Shown one piece after another: positions 18,601 through 28,900 of a stretch of 64,000 bases of DNA; position 1 is the first letter of the stretch, and each line of letters begins with the position of its first letter. The translations under genes were made by a program, and so were the position numbers. The stretch is from a virus: positions 32,333 to 96,332 of the IMG/VR virus record IMGVR_UViG_3300017989_000082. One strand, given 5' to 3'. Below the pieces are notes generated by a model that saw nothing but the letters and a program-made list of their open reading frames with translations, was not told the origin of the DNA and ran no database searches.

Positions 18601-21600
18601 CTTTAACGCCCTAGAGGTTAATACAGACATGGGCGTTGCCCTGAGGGGAACAATTAAGCAGTTAAAAGATAATACTAAGTTTCTTGAGAGGCTAAGGAAT
18701 TCTGAAAACGCAACCAATGAAGCAAGAAAGAAATCCTTACAAACCTTAAATGAAGGCAGGTATAGAATACAGCAGGCGGAGTTAGCGCTCAAGGCTTATA
18801 ACGAGCGCATTAAAGAGGTTGGCGCTGAAGGAACAACTGTTTGGGAGGCTCTTGGCTTTGCTATTGTAGAAAGTGTTCGTTGGGCTATTTCTGGAATTAA
18901 AGAGCTTATTATCTGGGCAAAGTCTTTGCAAAATAATTTTAATAGAAATTTTGCTGCCATTACCGACAGAATAACATATGCTGTAAAGTGGTGGTCTAAG
19001 TTATTTAAAGATTTGATTGGGTTTGATGTTTTTCAAGAGCTTGAAATAGGGCGCAAAATCAAGGGGGAAGAGGATGCAATTAAGCATCTTGAGAAAATAA
19101 GAAACGAGGCAGAAGCCATTATACAATCAGAGCCGCTTCTTTTTGGTATCAGGATTCCAGAATTACAAGATCTTGATAAAACCATTTTTGGTAAAAAGAC
19201 TGAGGCTTTTGATTTAATATTTGCCAACATCAGCCAAAGTGCTTACGGAATCACTAAAGAGTTTGGCAAACAGTATGCTGTCAACAAGGCAATACTTGAA
19301 GACTCAAGAAAAAGGGCAGAAGCAGACGAGCAAAATCTTAACAACCATGATTTAATTGATGGCAAGATGGAAGAGTACCTTAAACTCCTGAAAAAAGCTA
19401 ATCAGTCACAAAAGGACCACAACGATCTTCTCGATAAAGAGATGAAGCTCTATAAGGTTATCAACGATCAAGCCCTTAGTATTGCCAAGGGAATTGAAGA
19501 GTCTCAATTTATTGGACTCTATGAGCAGTTGTCCAATAAGGGAATTGAATCATTTGCTAAATTGGAAAAAGCAAGAGAGGACTTTAATCAGGAATGGATA
19601 AATGAAACACATAAGACAACTGCCAATACCCTAGCCAGTTGGGATAAGTTGTTTAGAGAAATGGCCACAAAAGGGGAGCTCACTGTTGGCCGGGCCTTTG
19701 AGATGTGGAACACCTTCCAGAGTGAAGGTGGTGCGGCTATCAGTGCAGTTATTGGTAAAATTGAAGAGCTTAATACTGCAATAATTGAATCCGAAAGAAA
19801 GGTTCGGGGTTTAAAAGAAGAGTTACAAGAAATGGCCGCGACCAAATTTGAAGGGCTGCTTAAGCTAAGGGAAACCTTCGATATTGGTACAAGCGCTTTA
19901 ACAAAGATGGGCAAGGAGATTGAAAAAAACAGAGAAAAGCTCGATAAATTAAAGCTTAAGGCTGCTGGCCTAAAAGATAAACTTGGCGATTTTGACGTTG
20001 GAAGATTTTCATATGATCCAAAAGAGTATGCAAAATACCAAAAGAAGATGGATCAGCTTGACAAGCTTCAAAATCGTTCAAATATGACTCAGCGCCAGTA
20101 TAATAAATTACTGGTCCGCCAGCAGGGATTGATTCGCCAAGTGCAAGCCTTATATGGTGAAAATATTGTATTGCTTGAGGGAACCCTTAAGGGCTATAAG
20201 GATACCACCGCGCAAATAGAAAAGAACCTAGTTGCTGAACGAGAAATTGCGGCGCAAGCTGGAGATAATTTTAATGTAAGGGCGGGGGCGCTTGAAAAGC
20301 AAAAAGCTCTTCTTGAAAAACAATTAGGTTTTATTCAGAAGGCAGCAGATAAAGAGGTTCAAATTATTGATCTGGCTGTAGCGGCTGGGTTAAAATCTGA
20401 AGTGGAAGGAAGAGATGAAAAGGCAAAGTTATATTGGGATTATAAAAAGCAACTTGAATCAGTTTATAATGATCTAGAAAATACCCAGAGGAAACTGATT
20501 AATAATGAAGTTAAGCGCCAGCAAGAGCTAAGAGATCAAAGATTAAAGCAGCTTGATATACTTAATGATCTTAATGAAGCTATGAACCGCATGACAGAAG
20601 CCGTGGTTATTTTCATTACGCTTTTGGCTGGGGATAAAGCTGGCCCATTGCTTGATGGTCTTCTGAGGCGGCTAGATAGATCAAAAGAAAAGGTTGAAGC
20701 AACAAGGGAAGCTATAAGGGAAATGTTGAGCGAAGGTGCTTCCGGTGCTCCCACTGAGGATATGTTTGGGGTATCTGATATCGCAGCTAAGGGAGACATG
20801 CTTGCGACAAATAATATTACAGGCGCGGCAACGGCGGCAGAGAAACTTGCAAATGAGCTTGCGAGAGCCAACAAAGAAAGCAGTGCCATAAGTGATTCAA
20901 TGGATAAATTTGCAGCGGCTAATGAAAAATCTTCTTTGGGGGTTAGTGAGCAAACAGAAAAGATGATAAAGGCCACTAAAGATGCAGGGGCGCATTGGGC
21001 TGGTATATTTGATGAAGCTCTTGGTGATTTCATGCCTGTAATTTCTGCCACCGGGGAATACGAAGGCCATATTAAGACTATTGTTGATGCCTTCCAAAAA
21101 CACCGAAAAACACTTGTAGAAGTTAATGGCCACATGGAGGTAATGGATGAAAGTGGCAAAAGGTATGCATTAACAATGGATTTGTGGGAAAAGCATTTAG
21201 ATCGGATTAATACGAAATTGGCAAGCAGTGAGAATATAATTGGAAATAACAATAAAAAATCTGCAAAAATAATTGAAAACTTTAAACTATCGCAAAGAGA
21301 AATAGAGGGAATGATATCTGGAATTAGTGAATTTGGTAAGCAGTGGGGTGCGGCAGCTGATGGGTTTGCTATTGGTGGGGCCGGTATTCCGGGCTTTGAT
21401 GCTGGCTTTGAAAACGATCTTGAATTATATAAATCAAAAATAGCTGAAATTTTTGCTGCTCTACAGAAAGGCGGAGAAGCAACAAAAATAATTGGCGATC
21501 AAATAGTTTTAAACACAGAGAAAGGCAAAAGGTTTTCCATGAGCGTAAGCCTATACAGTAAGCTTATGGGTGAAGTAGCTAATAAAAACAGAGCCGCCGC

Positions 21601-22846
21601 CGAAGAGAAAGCGAGAGAGTTTGAGGAGCAGGCAAAAGTTAATAATCTAACCGCGGAGGCGGCTAAAAGGTTGGAGGCTAATAAGAATGCCGTAAATGCA
21701 ATTAAAGAAGAAACAGCGAGATTGGCTGAAGAATATAGAAGAGCAAAAGAAGAATCTAAGGAGGCGTTTGACCTTACTCCCAAACTAGATCCTGCGGCCT
21801 TTGAGGAGGTTGAAAGGATCCACCGTGAGTATATAGCCAATCCTGATCTTTTTAAGCCAAAAATAAAACCGGAAATTGATCTTTCGGAAACGTTTAGTTC
21901 AGAAAAAATAAATTTTTTAACTGCTGGGTTGTCGGAACTGCAAGCTGAAGCAGACACTATTGAGGGTTTCATGTCTAGAATTGGCTTAACTGCCTCTGAT
22001 TCTATAAGTCAGTTACAAGTTAATGCAGACACTGCCGCAATAGCTATGAAAGAGTTTGGCTTAACCGCTTCTGATTCATTAGCCCGTTTACAGGCTGATG
22101 CAGACACTGCTGCAATGGCTATAGAAGATTTTGGTTTAACCGCCTATGATTCCATAGATCAGTTGCAAGCCAATGCAGACACCGTTGCAATGGCTATGAA
22201 AGAGTTTGGCTTGTTAGATATAACAATTCCAATTGAAGATAGAGAAGTTATTGCCGCGGAAATGGAGTTGGATAAACTTAAAAACAAAATTGCTTCCTTA
22301 GATAATTCAGTAATTGATATTCGTGTAAACTATACAAGGTCAGGTAGCCCGCCAGAGGGTATGTATTATGGCGGTATTGCCAGTGGGGTGCCAATCAGGG
22401 TGACGGCCGGGGAGGGATATATACCGCCAGAGTTTACCAAGAAGAATCTTTCTATGCTTCGGGCGTTGAATGCTGGGGCGGCTGTTCCGACCGGCGGCGC
22501 TATTCCCATAGGCAGGTTTGATGGGCCAAGGGGCATTGACAAGATCAAAACTATTTTGCCAACTGGCTCTTTTGTTCTTAGCCAAAGGGGAATGGATGCT
22601 CTGCGGCAAAGCATTAATGATAGCAAGAGTCTTCCTGGTTATCAGGCTGGTGGCGTAGTGGCCAGTGATGAAAATGATTTTACAGATATTGCCCCTATTG
22701 AAGAAATGAAAGAAGAGGTTGCCGTTTTCAACCTCACCCTTGATGTAGGTGGGCAGAAAAAGACTTACCCGCTTTACGGGGATAGGGCAAATATTAACGA
22801 AATCAAAAATACCCTTGAGCGTGAAAAAATGACGAGGCTTAATTAA
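15698..22846 (+). CDS. tail tape measure protein
   Basis: 2382 aa, helical and Ala/Lys-rich, with a TP901-type core, hydrophobic segments and C-terminal GG..GE/GSFV motifs. Confidence 0.95.
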   Translation: MKDFKLSFKIVNEASATLNQVIKDIDAVKSASSELNRVKLGEVKQQFSHLHKQMLKVLGVYKSIRKSYIKLDNFKFAKLSGEIGKINTALKTIPEQVKEVNNAIATIGAGMAGSQLQLSLSSMIASLKGAIGEIERAIVRLERAFSAAMKAIGALGSATKKQGASAKQTADEYTKMSNALGLTVGQVKSGEAAFKGLQSTFRGLANGLKTTTTAHINMTAATTTGARKSHAALAKISKGIKGTAAASKGFVSTGNVMLDTLRGIGRGALQVNRVYSQTASSVQGFSAIASSTNSSLKGLASTLLSAAKGTSGLTEETKKGTGAANENKKAAQAMAGANQQVADSANKTQKAVGRLSRMSVAGFKEMLVGQAMWMIGFTLLLAPIALFTSALRDAVAVQDEFARTVRVLRPASGDMEDMAKVTAEAFSAMNDEMVRTGKGAQDVSEVLYQLGSAGLTAEEAVAALRSTMDVIVGTEADVTAITKTIAGIYNNLGNQMYEAADGSIQFVNALDAQAQGLKRNTDLSKGFAAINDVLVAAFRDHQIEMSELNDGLRYSIATASIAGVTYTELVGVLATLNDHMVKAGVAGRSFQSMLSRIVKSPVDFAKAFHIELPADQPLNVLNLFEQLHEQLNRGVWTVEQLGEAFKRTGLRGAKTFITLIQHFNDVQKNIQDLTHDVTGAAETMADIMLDRPAAALDRLYQALVQIIRISLDPIIKTFFGLIKVVNLAFRSVYDLYSSLPILVQRFVDLGIGTITLGALILGFGKLKKSIDIAKRVAALYRLSMIKLNTAIKSGTVLNTAYNFSLRAMRTAYHQVTKAAAGFATTMLLIARNIKATALIPVAYFHELAVAISAAGIQMGTMTGLFAFSNTAMIAFGATVATVTQLVLAFVAGTTIAVLAFAAMVFGLSRLDGAMRKSDRNIIKFNESFQKVGDASKELKTKIQDEAIEAQGRIVRSVGLDLDFYSRRVFNALEVNTDMGVALRGTIKQLKDNTKFLERLRNSENATNEARKKSLQTLNEGRYRIQQAELALKAYNERIKEVGAEGTTVWEALGFAIVESVRWAISGIKELIIWAKSLQNNFNRNFAAITDRITYAVKWWSKLFKDLIGFDVFQELEIGRKIKGEEDAIKHLEKIRNEAEAIIQSEPLLFGIRIPELQDLDKTIFGKKTEAFDLIFANISQSAYGITKEFGKQYAVNKAILEDSRKRAEADEQNLNNHDLIDGKMEEYLKLLKKANQSQKDHNDLLDKEMKLYKVINDQALSIAKGIEESQFIGLYEQLSNKGIESFAKLEKAREDFNQEWINETHKTTANTLASWDKLFREMATKGELTVGRAFEMWNTFQSEGGAAISAVIGKIEELNTAIIESERKVRGLKEELQEMAATKFEGLLKLRETFDIGTSALTKMGKEIEKNREKLDKLKLKAAGLKDKLGDFDVGRFSYDPKEYAKYQKKMDQLDKLQNRSNMTQRQYNKLLVRQQGLIRQVQALYGENIVLLEGTLKGYKDTTAQIEKNLVAEREIAAQAGDNFNVRAGALEKQKALLEKQLGFIQKAADKEVQIIDLAVAAGLKSEVEGRDEKAKLYWDYKKQLESVYNDLENTQRKLINNEVKRQQELRDQRLKQLDILNDLNEAMNRMTEAVVIFITLLAGDKAGPLLDGLLRRLDRSKEKVEATREAIREMLSEGASGAPTEDMFGVSDIAAKGDMLATNNITGAATAAEKLANELARANKESSAISDSMDKFAAANEKSSLGVSEQTEKMIKATKDAGAHWAGIFDEALGDFMPVISATGEYEGHIKTIVDAFQKHRKTLVEVNGHMEVMDESGKRYALTMDLWEKHLDRINTKLASSENIIGNNNKKSAKIIENFKLSQREIEGMISGISEFGKQWGAAADGFAIGGAGIPGFDAGFENDLELYKSKIAEIFAALQKGGEATKIIGDQIVLNTEKGKRFSMSVSLYSKLMGEVANKNRAAAEEKAREFEEQAKVNNLTAEAAKRLEANKNAVNAIKEETARLAEEYRRAKEESKEAFDLTPKLDPAAFEEVERIHREYIANPDLFKPKIKPEIDLSETFSSEKINFLTAGLSELQAEADTIEGFMSRIGLTASDSISQLQVNADTAAIAMKEFGLTASDSLARLQADADTAAMAIEDFGLTAYDSIDQLQANADTVAMAMKEFGLLDITIPIEDREVIAAEMELDKLKNKIASLDNSVIDIRVNYTRSGSPPEGMYYGGIASGVPIRVTAGEGYIPPEFTKKNLSMLRALNAGAAVPTGGAIPIGRFDGPRGIDKIKTILPTGSFVLSQRGMDALRQSINDSKSLPGYQAGGVVASDENDFTDIAPIEEMKEEVAVFNLTLDVGGQKKTYPLYGDRANINEIKNTLEREKMTRLN
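21938..22213 (+). repeat. 75-bp (25-aa) tandem repeat, about 3.7 copies, in the tape measure gene
   Basis: GCAGACAC recurs at 21950, 22025, 22100 and 22175 (LQA.ADT...FGLTA.DS). Confidence 0.95.
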
Positions 22847-23997
22847 TGGGAATTTTCCACTTCGACATAGAGGGTAGTTTTAACTCCCCTAATTTTGGTC
22901 GCTCATATGTGTTTGATGTTTCCAATGAGCAAGTGCAAAAGCTTATGAATTATGCGCCGCGGGCGCAGGCCATGACTGCCCATTACCATAGCCGTATATC
23001 TGAGCGACAAACTGTAAGAGGAGAAGTAATTGCAGAATTGACATTTGATAATGTTGCTTGGTCTTATTTGTGTGGGGCGGCATTTGGCGAACGGTTGGAA
23101 ATTTCTGGCTATGAGTTTGCCCCGGCGAATAACTCTTGGGGGGTGCTTGCCGGTACTCTTACAAATGCTCTTTCTATTGATTCAACCACATTTCAAATCA
23201 CTGCTGAGGACTCTACGGCCTTTGATGGGGTTGATGCAGTCATTATTAACGATGAAATGATAGAAATAGGCTCAATCTCAGCCAATCTGACGCTTTCTTG
23301 TGTCAGGGGTGCCCAAGGTACTACCCCAAGGGCGCACGCGGCTTCAGACGCAATCTGGGGCCTCTCAGCGGCTATTTCGCGGTCAATTGTCATGTGCCAT
23401 AGGGTAAAAACCGGCCCGTTTTGCCATTTGCCCACCAGTTTGACCACAGTCATTGATAGAGGCAATGAAATTGATGCCTATAGCGGAGTGAAAATACAGG
23501 AAATGACTTTTAATTTTCGCCCCGGCGAAGTAATTAAAACACACATTAAATTTCTAGGGGCAGACTCCACCAATAATGTTGGCTTAGAGGATCTGGAAAC
23601 TGTTGACGATAACGACATGGTTGGCGTAGGCGATATACAGATTTTTTCAAATTTTGAACACGAGTACTTGGAACAATTTTACATTACCATAGGAAACGAG
23701 CTTGAGGCTCCCAGCTTTATGTTTTCAGGAAGGGCGCAGAATTATTTCTTGAAAAGTACATCCACCTATGGTACTCTGGCTTGGCTAGACGATGATCCGG
23801 ATCATGTTCGCCAGTACGAGGAAGATGATCGTCGTCATTTTGGAATAGTAATACCAAGAGGAAACTATAAGATGATTTTTAACTTTAACAATGTTCGCAT
23901 TAATACACCAAGCCACTTCTTAGATGACGATTTAATCATTGATGATATTTCCCCTTGGTATAGTTATGAGCATCCTGTAATAATGTTCCAATTTTAA
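22846..23997 (+). CDS. tail-tube paralogue (minor/distal tail protein)
   Basis: LTTVIDRG...AYSGVKIQEMTF..RPGEVI matches the tube's LTLEIGR...YAGAKVDTMNI..ETGEIL. Has an inserted RGAQGT...H domain. Confidence 0.7.
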   Translation: MGIFHFDIEGSFNSPNFGRSYVFDVSNEQVQKLMNYAPRAQAMTAHYHSRISERQTVRGEVIAELTFDNVAWSYLCGAAFGERLEISGYEFAPANNSWGVLAGTLTNALSIDSTTFQITAEDSTAFDGVDAVIINDEMIEIGSISANLTLSCVRGAQGTTPRAHAASDAIWGLSAAISRSIVMCHRVKTGPFCHLPTSLTTVIDRGNEIDAYSGVKIQEMTFNFRPGEVIKTHIKFLGADSTNNVGLEDLETVDDNDMVGVGDIQIFSNFEHEYLEQFYITIGNELEAPSFMFSGRAQNYFLKSTSTYGTLAWLDDDPDHVRQYEEDDRRHFGIVIPRGNYKMIFNFNNVRINTPSHFLDDDLIIDDISPWYSYEHPVIMFQF

Positions 23998-24006
23998 GGA
24001 GCCATT

Positions 24007-24426
24007 ATGGCGACAGAGTTTTCCAGCAATGTGTCAATAGCCGGGTTGGTCTTAGAGGTTAACCCTGAGACCTTCGTAAAGGGTCGAAAGGTTTTTGGCA
24101 GTAATAGTCGCACAACCGCTGCAAACCTAGTGTTACAGGAGACAGCCAAGAAATACCTGTTTACCATATCAGGCATTACTCAAAGCCAATTTGAGGAAAT
24201 TCAGAAGCGCGCCGCGCTTGACATGAATATAGAGCTTATAGATTTCATTCCAATTTCTGAGCGAATTGAAATTACCCGAACAGTACACGAGTTGCTTTCG
24301 ACCGAAACCATTAGCGGCGAGACCATTTACCGTTATGTTCCAAGTTATCAGGTTGCTGTTATTGATTACGAAGAAGAGTGGCGAAGCAACACGATGACAT
24401 ATAAAATCATATTGGAGGAAATGTGA
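24007..24426 (+). CDS. putative distal tail protein
   Basis: LEVNPE...YKIILEE pattern and post-tape-measure position. Confidence 0.5.
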   Translation: MATEFSSNVSIAGLVLEVNPETFVKGRKVFGSNSRTTAANLVLQETAKKYLFTISGITQSQFEEIQKRAALDMNIELIDFIPISERIEITRTVHELLSTETISGETIYRYVPSYQVAVIDYEEEWRSNTMTYKIILEEM

Positions 24427-24566
24427 CCCACACGAACACAACCCTATGCCCAAAGTGCAAACGCCGCATGAAGCAGGTTCAGCGGGGATGCTGTGGAGGC
24501 AGAGAGTACAGCAATGTTTTTCGGTGCGCGGGGTGCAAGCGAAGCTATATTGTAAGGGAGAAATAG
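24423..24566 (+). CDS. 47-aa Cys-rich protein (CPKC...CCG...CAGC)
   Basis: GTG overlaps the upstream TGA, with GGAGG upstream, and the ORF fills the gap almost exactly. Below the ORF-track cutoff; translated by hand. Confidence 0.7.
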   Translation: MTHTNTTLCPKCKRRMKQVQRGCCGGREYSNVFRCAGCKRSYIVREK

Positions 24567-24569
24567 GAA

Positions 24570-24944
24570 ATGATTGATGACATCCTAATGTTTTTCTTCA
24601 TGCTACCAATCGCCTGCGAAGCACTCACTCAGGTCATTGGCAGTGGAAGCCTTTTCAAGAAGCCGCGGGAGTGGGTAGTTGAAAAGAATATCCCATTTCT
24701 ATCAGAATTATGGGCTTGTAAATATTGCATAAGCGTGTGGGCGGCGGCTACGCTTACTTTTCCTTATTTTTACATCAAAACAGGAGGAAATATTACTGCC
24801 AGCAATATCTTGTTAACACTGACGGCCACCCTCATTGTTCACAGGATTTCAAATATTTGGAATCTCGTTTTTGATATAATACAGGAGTACAGAATAAACC
24901 GATGGTTGATTGATTTAACCGTAAAAGAAACGGAGGAAAAGTGA
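24570..24944 (+). CDS. DUF1360-like membrane protein with CxxC
   Basis: Three hydrophobic helices; LFKKPRE and LWACKYCISVW motifs. Confidence 0.7.
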   Translation: MIDDILMFFFMLPIACEALTQVIGSGSLFKKPREWVVEKNIPFLSELWACKYCISVWAAATLTFPYFYIKTGGNITASNILLTLTATLIVHRISNIWNLVFDIIQEYRINRWLIDLTVKETEEK

Positions 24945-24945
24945 G

Positions 24946-25932
24946 ATGGCAATTGAAGCTACTGATTTAAAAATGTATAAGAGCGCGGTGGTCAATGACG
25001 CCGACTCTAACGGTGGCCGGATGAGCTACAACGAGGTTGTCAGCAATCAAGCCACGAATCTGTTCCCAAACGTTACGCAGGCAGAGCGCACTGCTGGCCT
25101 CACCCGCTATCGGAAGGCGTTCTGTAAATTGCATGACGATGGGAATGAGGTACTCTACAACCACAAGGTGTGGATTCGGATTGAAACCCCTGCCGGTGAT
25201 TACATCCAAATCAAGGAGGGCACCAATGAGGATGTCCAGAGCGAAGCCGACGATTACACCGAATGGTTGGGGTGCGGCACGCTGAATGCCCCGGCTAGCA
25301 TTGATGCCACCAGCATTGATGTTCTGTTTGAAACCAACAGCGGTGTTCAGACTGGCGACGCCGGTTGGCTCAGTGATGGCACCAATGAGGAGTTTGTTGA
25401 GGTCGCCGGGGTTAGCTGGTCTGTAAATGTTGCGACCATCACCCTGTCCAGTGGCCTGAGCTATGAATACGCTGCCCATACTCCGAGTGCGCCTGTTCGC
25501 TACGGCGGAGTTCTTGAGCTTAGCGACACAACCAGCAGCGTTGATAGTATCTCCATTACTGGCAGCGGCACTTTCGATGAAGACAAAATCAATACCTATA
25601 ATCAGGGCACTGTCGAGGATGATTGGGAAATTGAAATCAATGCCGGAGACACTACCTACACCTGCACTGGCACCAACACTGGCGAGCTCACTTCCAGCCA
25701 GAACATTGCCAGCGAGTTCAAGCCCAGTAATCCGAATGTCAGTGGCACGCAAGGGTATTACTTCAGAATCCAGGCGCTGGCCTTTGGTGGAAGCTGGGTA
25801 GAAGGCGATAAGCTGAACTTCAGCACGCATCATGCGGCCAAGGCTATTTGGGCGAAGGAGGTCGTGCCTGCTTCTACTTCCAGCTACAGCAATAACAATC
25901 CGTATATACGCATGAGTGGGGAAAGTGCGTAG
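24946..25932 (+). CDS. minor tail protein
   Basis: SNGGRMS...NLFPNVTQAERTAGLTRYRKAF, recognisable as a phage tail-associated motif. Confidence 0.7.
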   Translation: MAIEATDLKMYKSAVVNDADSNGGRMSYNEVVSNQATNLFPNVTQAERTAGLTRYRKAFCKLHDDGNEVLYNHKVWIRIETPAGDYIQIKEGTNEDVQSEADDYTEWLGCGTLNAPASIDATSIDVLFETNSGVQTGDAGWLSDGTNEEFVEVAGVSWSVNVATITLSSGLSYEYAAHTPSAPVRYGGVLELSDTTSSVDSISITGSGTFDEDKINTYNQGTVEDDWEIEINAGDTTYTCTGTNTGELTSSQNIASEFKPSNPNVSGTQGYYFRIQALAFGGSWVEGDKLNFSTHHAAKAIWAKEVVPASTSSYSNNNPYIRMSGESA

Positions 25933-25968
25933 TTTGCTGTAAACATTATTTGGTAAGGAAGTGGCTTA

Positions 25969-28900
25969 ATGGGCACTCTTACAATACATTCTACTGCCTG
26001 GACTGGTGCGGCCTATTCAGACTGCCAATTTGGCGGTAATACTGAGTTATTACAACATACAGGCGTTGCTTTTCTCACTCCCATAGATGGTGTTGTCGTT
26101 GGGGAAGTTAAGGTCTTCATGAAGAAGAATAACTCCCCGACGACAACTGTCTATTGTGCCATATGGGATGCCGAGAATGATGATGAATGGAAGCCGGGCA
26201 GTGAGTTAGGGGTTGTAACAGTTGATACCTCTGGCGTTGGGGCTAGCTACTCTGAGGTAACTATTGATTTATCTGGCCAAAACATAACGCTCTCAAAGAA
26301 CACGAAGTATTGGTTGATATTTTATACCAATGTATATGATGGCTCTGATTATTGGCACTTAAGGGCGGTTGAGAATACGAATGCTCCATTCGCAATGGGG
26401 TATGGTGTTAGCAATGTATGGAGTCGTTGCCGCGGCAATGGCTCTGCTTGGTATACTTCCAGCAGTTATTATTTCCAGTGCCAAATAAGCGCTACAAAAG
26501 CCAGCTACCAGACAATTGTTGGCTGGAATGGTGATCAAGACCCTGCAAATTATAAGGGAATTTTTTGGGAAGATGGCTCAAGCGAACAGGGGGTATTGCA
26601 AAAATTCAGAACGCCAAGCGCAAGCGGAAAGTGGCAAGTCCATGGCCTATCAGCACATTTACAAATTGATGATGACGAGTATTATAGGCAAGTTCGGTTT
26701 AACTTTTTTGAGTATTCTGACACAACTGATTTTTCCGAGCTAATTCCCGTTGGCGATGGAGGGGTGTTTGGCGTAAAGGATTTTTATTGCGGTAGTGTTA
26801 CGCCGGGGACAACAAGCGCTCTTGAAATTAAAGAAAAAAGAAAGCCCATTCTTGAACCGGACACTGACTATTACCTTGGAATTACCGCAAATTTTAGTAA
26901 CAGAGCATATGCTTTGTTTGATGATACAACCTGTTGTGAAAACGCCAGCCTCTTTACCATTGGTTGGGACAACTCAATAACTGAAAATGTTGGGGAAAAT
27001 ATTTCCCTTTTCAATATACACGGCACAGAAGTTGCCATTGATCCTGAGTACACTCAAGACCCGATTTTATTTTCTCCATTATGGCCTAATCCTGGTGGCG
27101 GGTATGAAAACATTGGCTATGCCGCTGGGAATAAATATTTTGCAGTTGCTTTTACGACTAATATATCGAACTGCACACTTAAAGAAATCAGGGCAACTCT
27201 TGTTAAGCACTATCGGCCAATTTCAACGCCGTTGCATTTAAAAATTCATGCTGCCGACTCAACCAGTGGTGAAATTGGGGACGAGCTTCTTGATATTGGC
27301 GAAATTGAAGATTATGTTCATATAACTGGAACCGAAGCTGTCATTCCGTGCGGAAGCACCCTGGAGTTAACTCCGTACATTAAATATTGGGCCGTGTTCT
27401 ATTTCGATGGAACCCCTACCACGGATCGCTATTATAGGATTTATGGGGACGGCGATTTATTTGGTATGGGGATGATTGGTGTCTTGCCTGATGATGACAG
27501 CAAGTGCTCTGCGTACAGTGCAGATGGCTCTAGTTGGACCTATGAGTCCGACTATTATCACATACGGTTTATTGGCTCTAGTGAATATAAAATAACAATT
27601 CTAGATCCCCGTTGTGATCGCTTCTTTCCTTCTCCAAATGACAGACAGAGATCTTTTTACGATAATACCGATAAATATGTTGCACAAAAAATAAGAATAC
27701 CAAATATTTCCGAGGCAATGAAAATAGAAGGGCTTGGCGTTATAGCCAGAGCCTACGGCGAGGCAGAGGGTAATGTATGGGTTGAAATTTATGAAGCAGA
27801 CGGGGATGCCCTTGGCGAGCTAATAAGCAATGGCACTTCTGACACGCTAGACCATAATGCCACTCACACCGACACTGATACTGGTCAGTTTCCACCAATG
27901 GTATTATTCAGATTTTCTGATTTACCATTGGTTCAGCCTAATACAGATTATATTTTTGTTTTCAGGGCTGATGTCATTGATACAGGCTCGACGTGGTATT
28001 TTTATTATAACCACAACTCAGACTCTGCAAGCTATGCTAACCAAGGATTATGCGAAGGGGATGGCGCAACAAATATTATTGGGAAATCTTATACTGTCAA
28101 TAGCAGTGATGAACTCACAGAACTTTCAGATACGGGCGGCATGTTTTACGGGCTACAGCTTGTTGGTGGTCCGCCAGTACTTATTCCCGTTGATAATGAC
28201 AATGTACTTAATTGGTCGTTAAATGATTATATTTTTAAGGATAACATTACCCGCTTTACTATTACTGATCAAAAAATAGATCAGGATAATATAATTCTTT
28301 TCAACATTGCCCCGTTTCTATATCAAGACTTTATTCTTAACTGGCCCTTGACGACCAGAATTAATCAAGATACAACCCTACGCTGGCCACTTACAACATA
28401 TGTTGAGGGTGATTTAATTATCCCTTGGAATATTATAGTTAGTGCCGATAGTGGTCTTTCTTGGAAAATTCTTGAGCAAATTAATAAGGATCAAATACTC
28501 AACTGGCCGTTGACTACATATTTTGATTCAGACTTTATTTTACGCTGGCAGTTAATTCTTTCAAATGACATTGGCATTAATTTCTCCCTGATTGAGTATA
28601 TTTGGAGAAATCTTGGGCTGAAGATTCCAATTGTAATTGAAACGGATACCGTTCTTGACTTTGGTATAATGGGTCCAATAAGTGCTGATTTTATTATCAG
28701 GAACATGATTGACTCCAGTGTATACAGTGATGTTGGAATAAAGAATAATATCTTTGTTACAAACGATCTTATTCTCAATAACTCTTTAAACCCTGTTGTT
28801 TCGCGAGACCTTATTTTAAGAAACGAGATCAGCTCTCGCATTTGGAAAGATATTGTTGCGATAAATAATATTTTTGTTTCCACTGATGTCGGGCTGATAA

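Noticed and set aside
21938-22213. CRISPR-like array
   Set aside because: The units are degenerate in-frame coding repeats with no unique spacers, and no cas genes are present.
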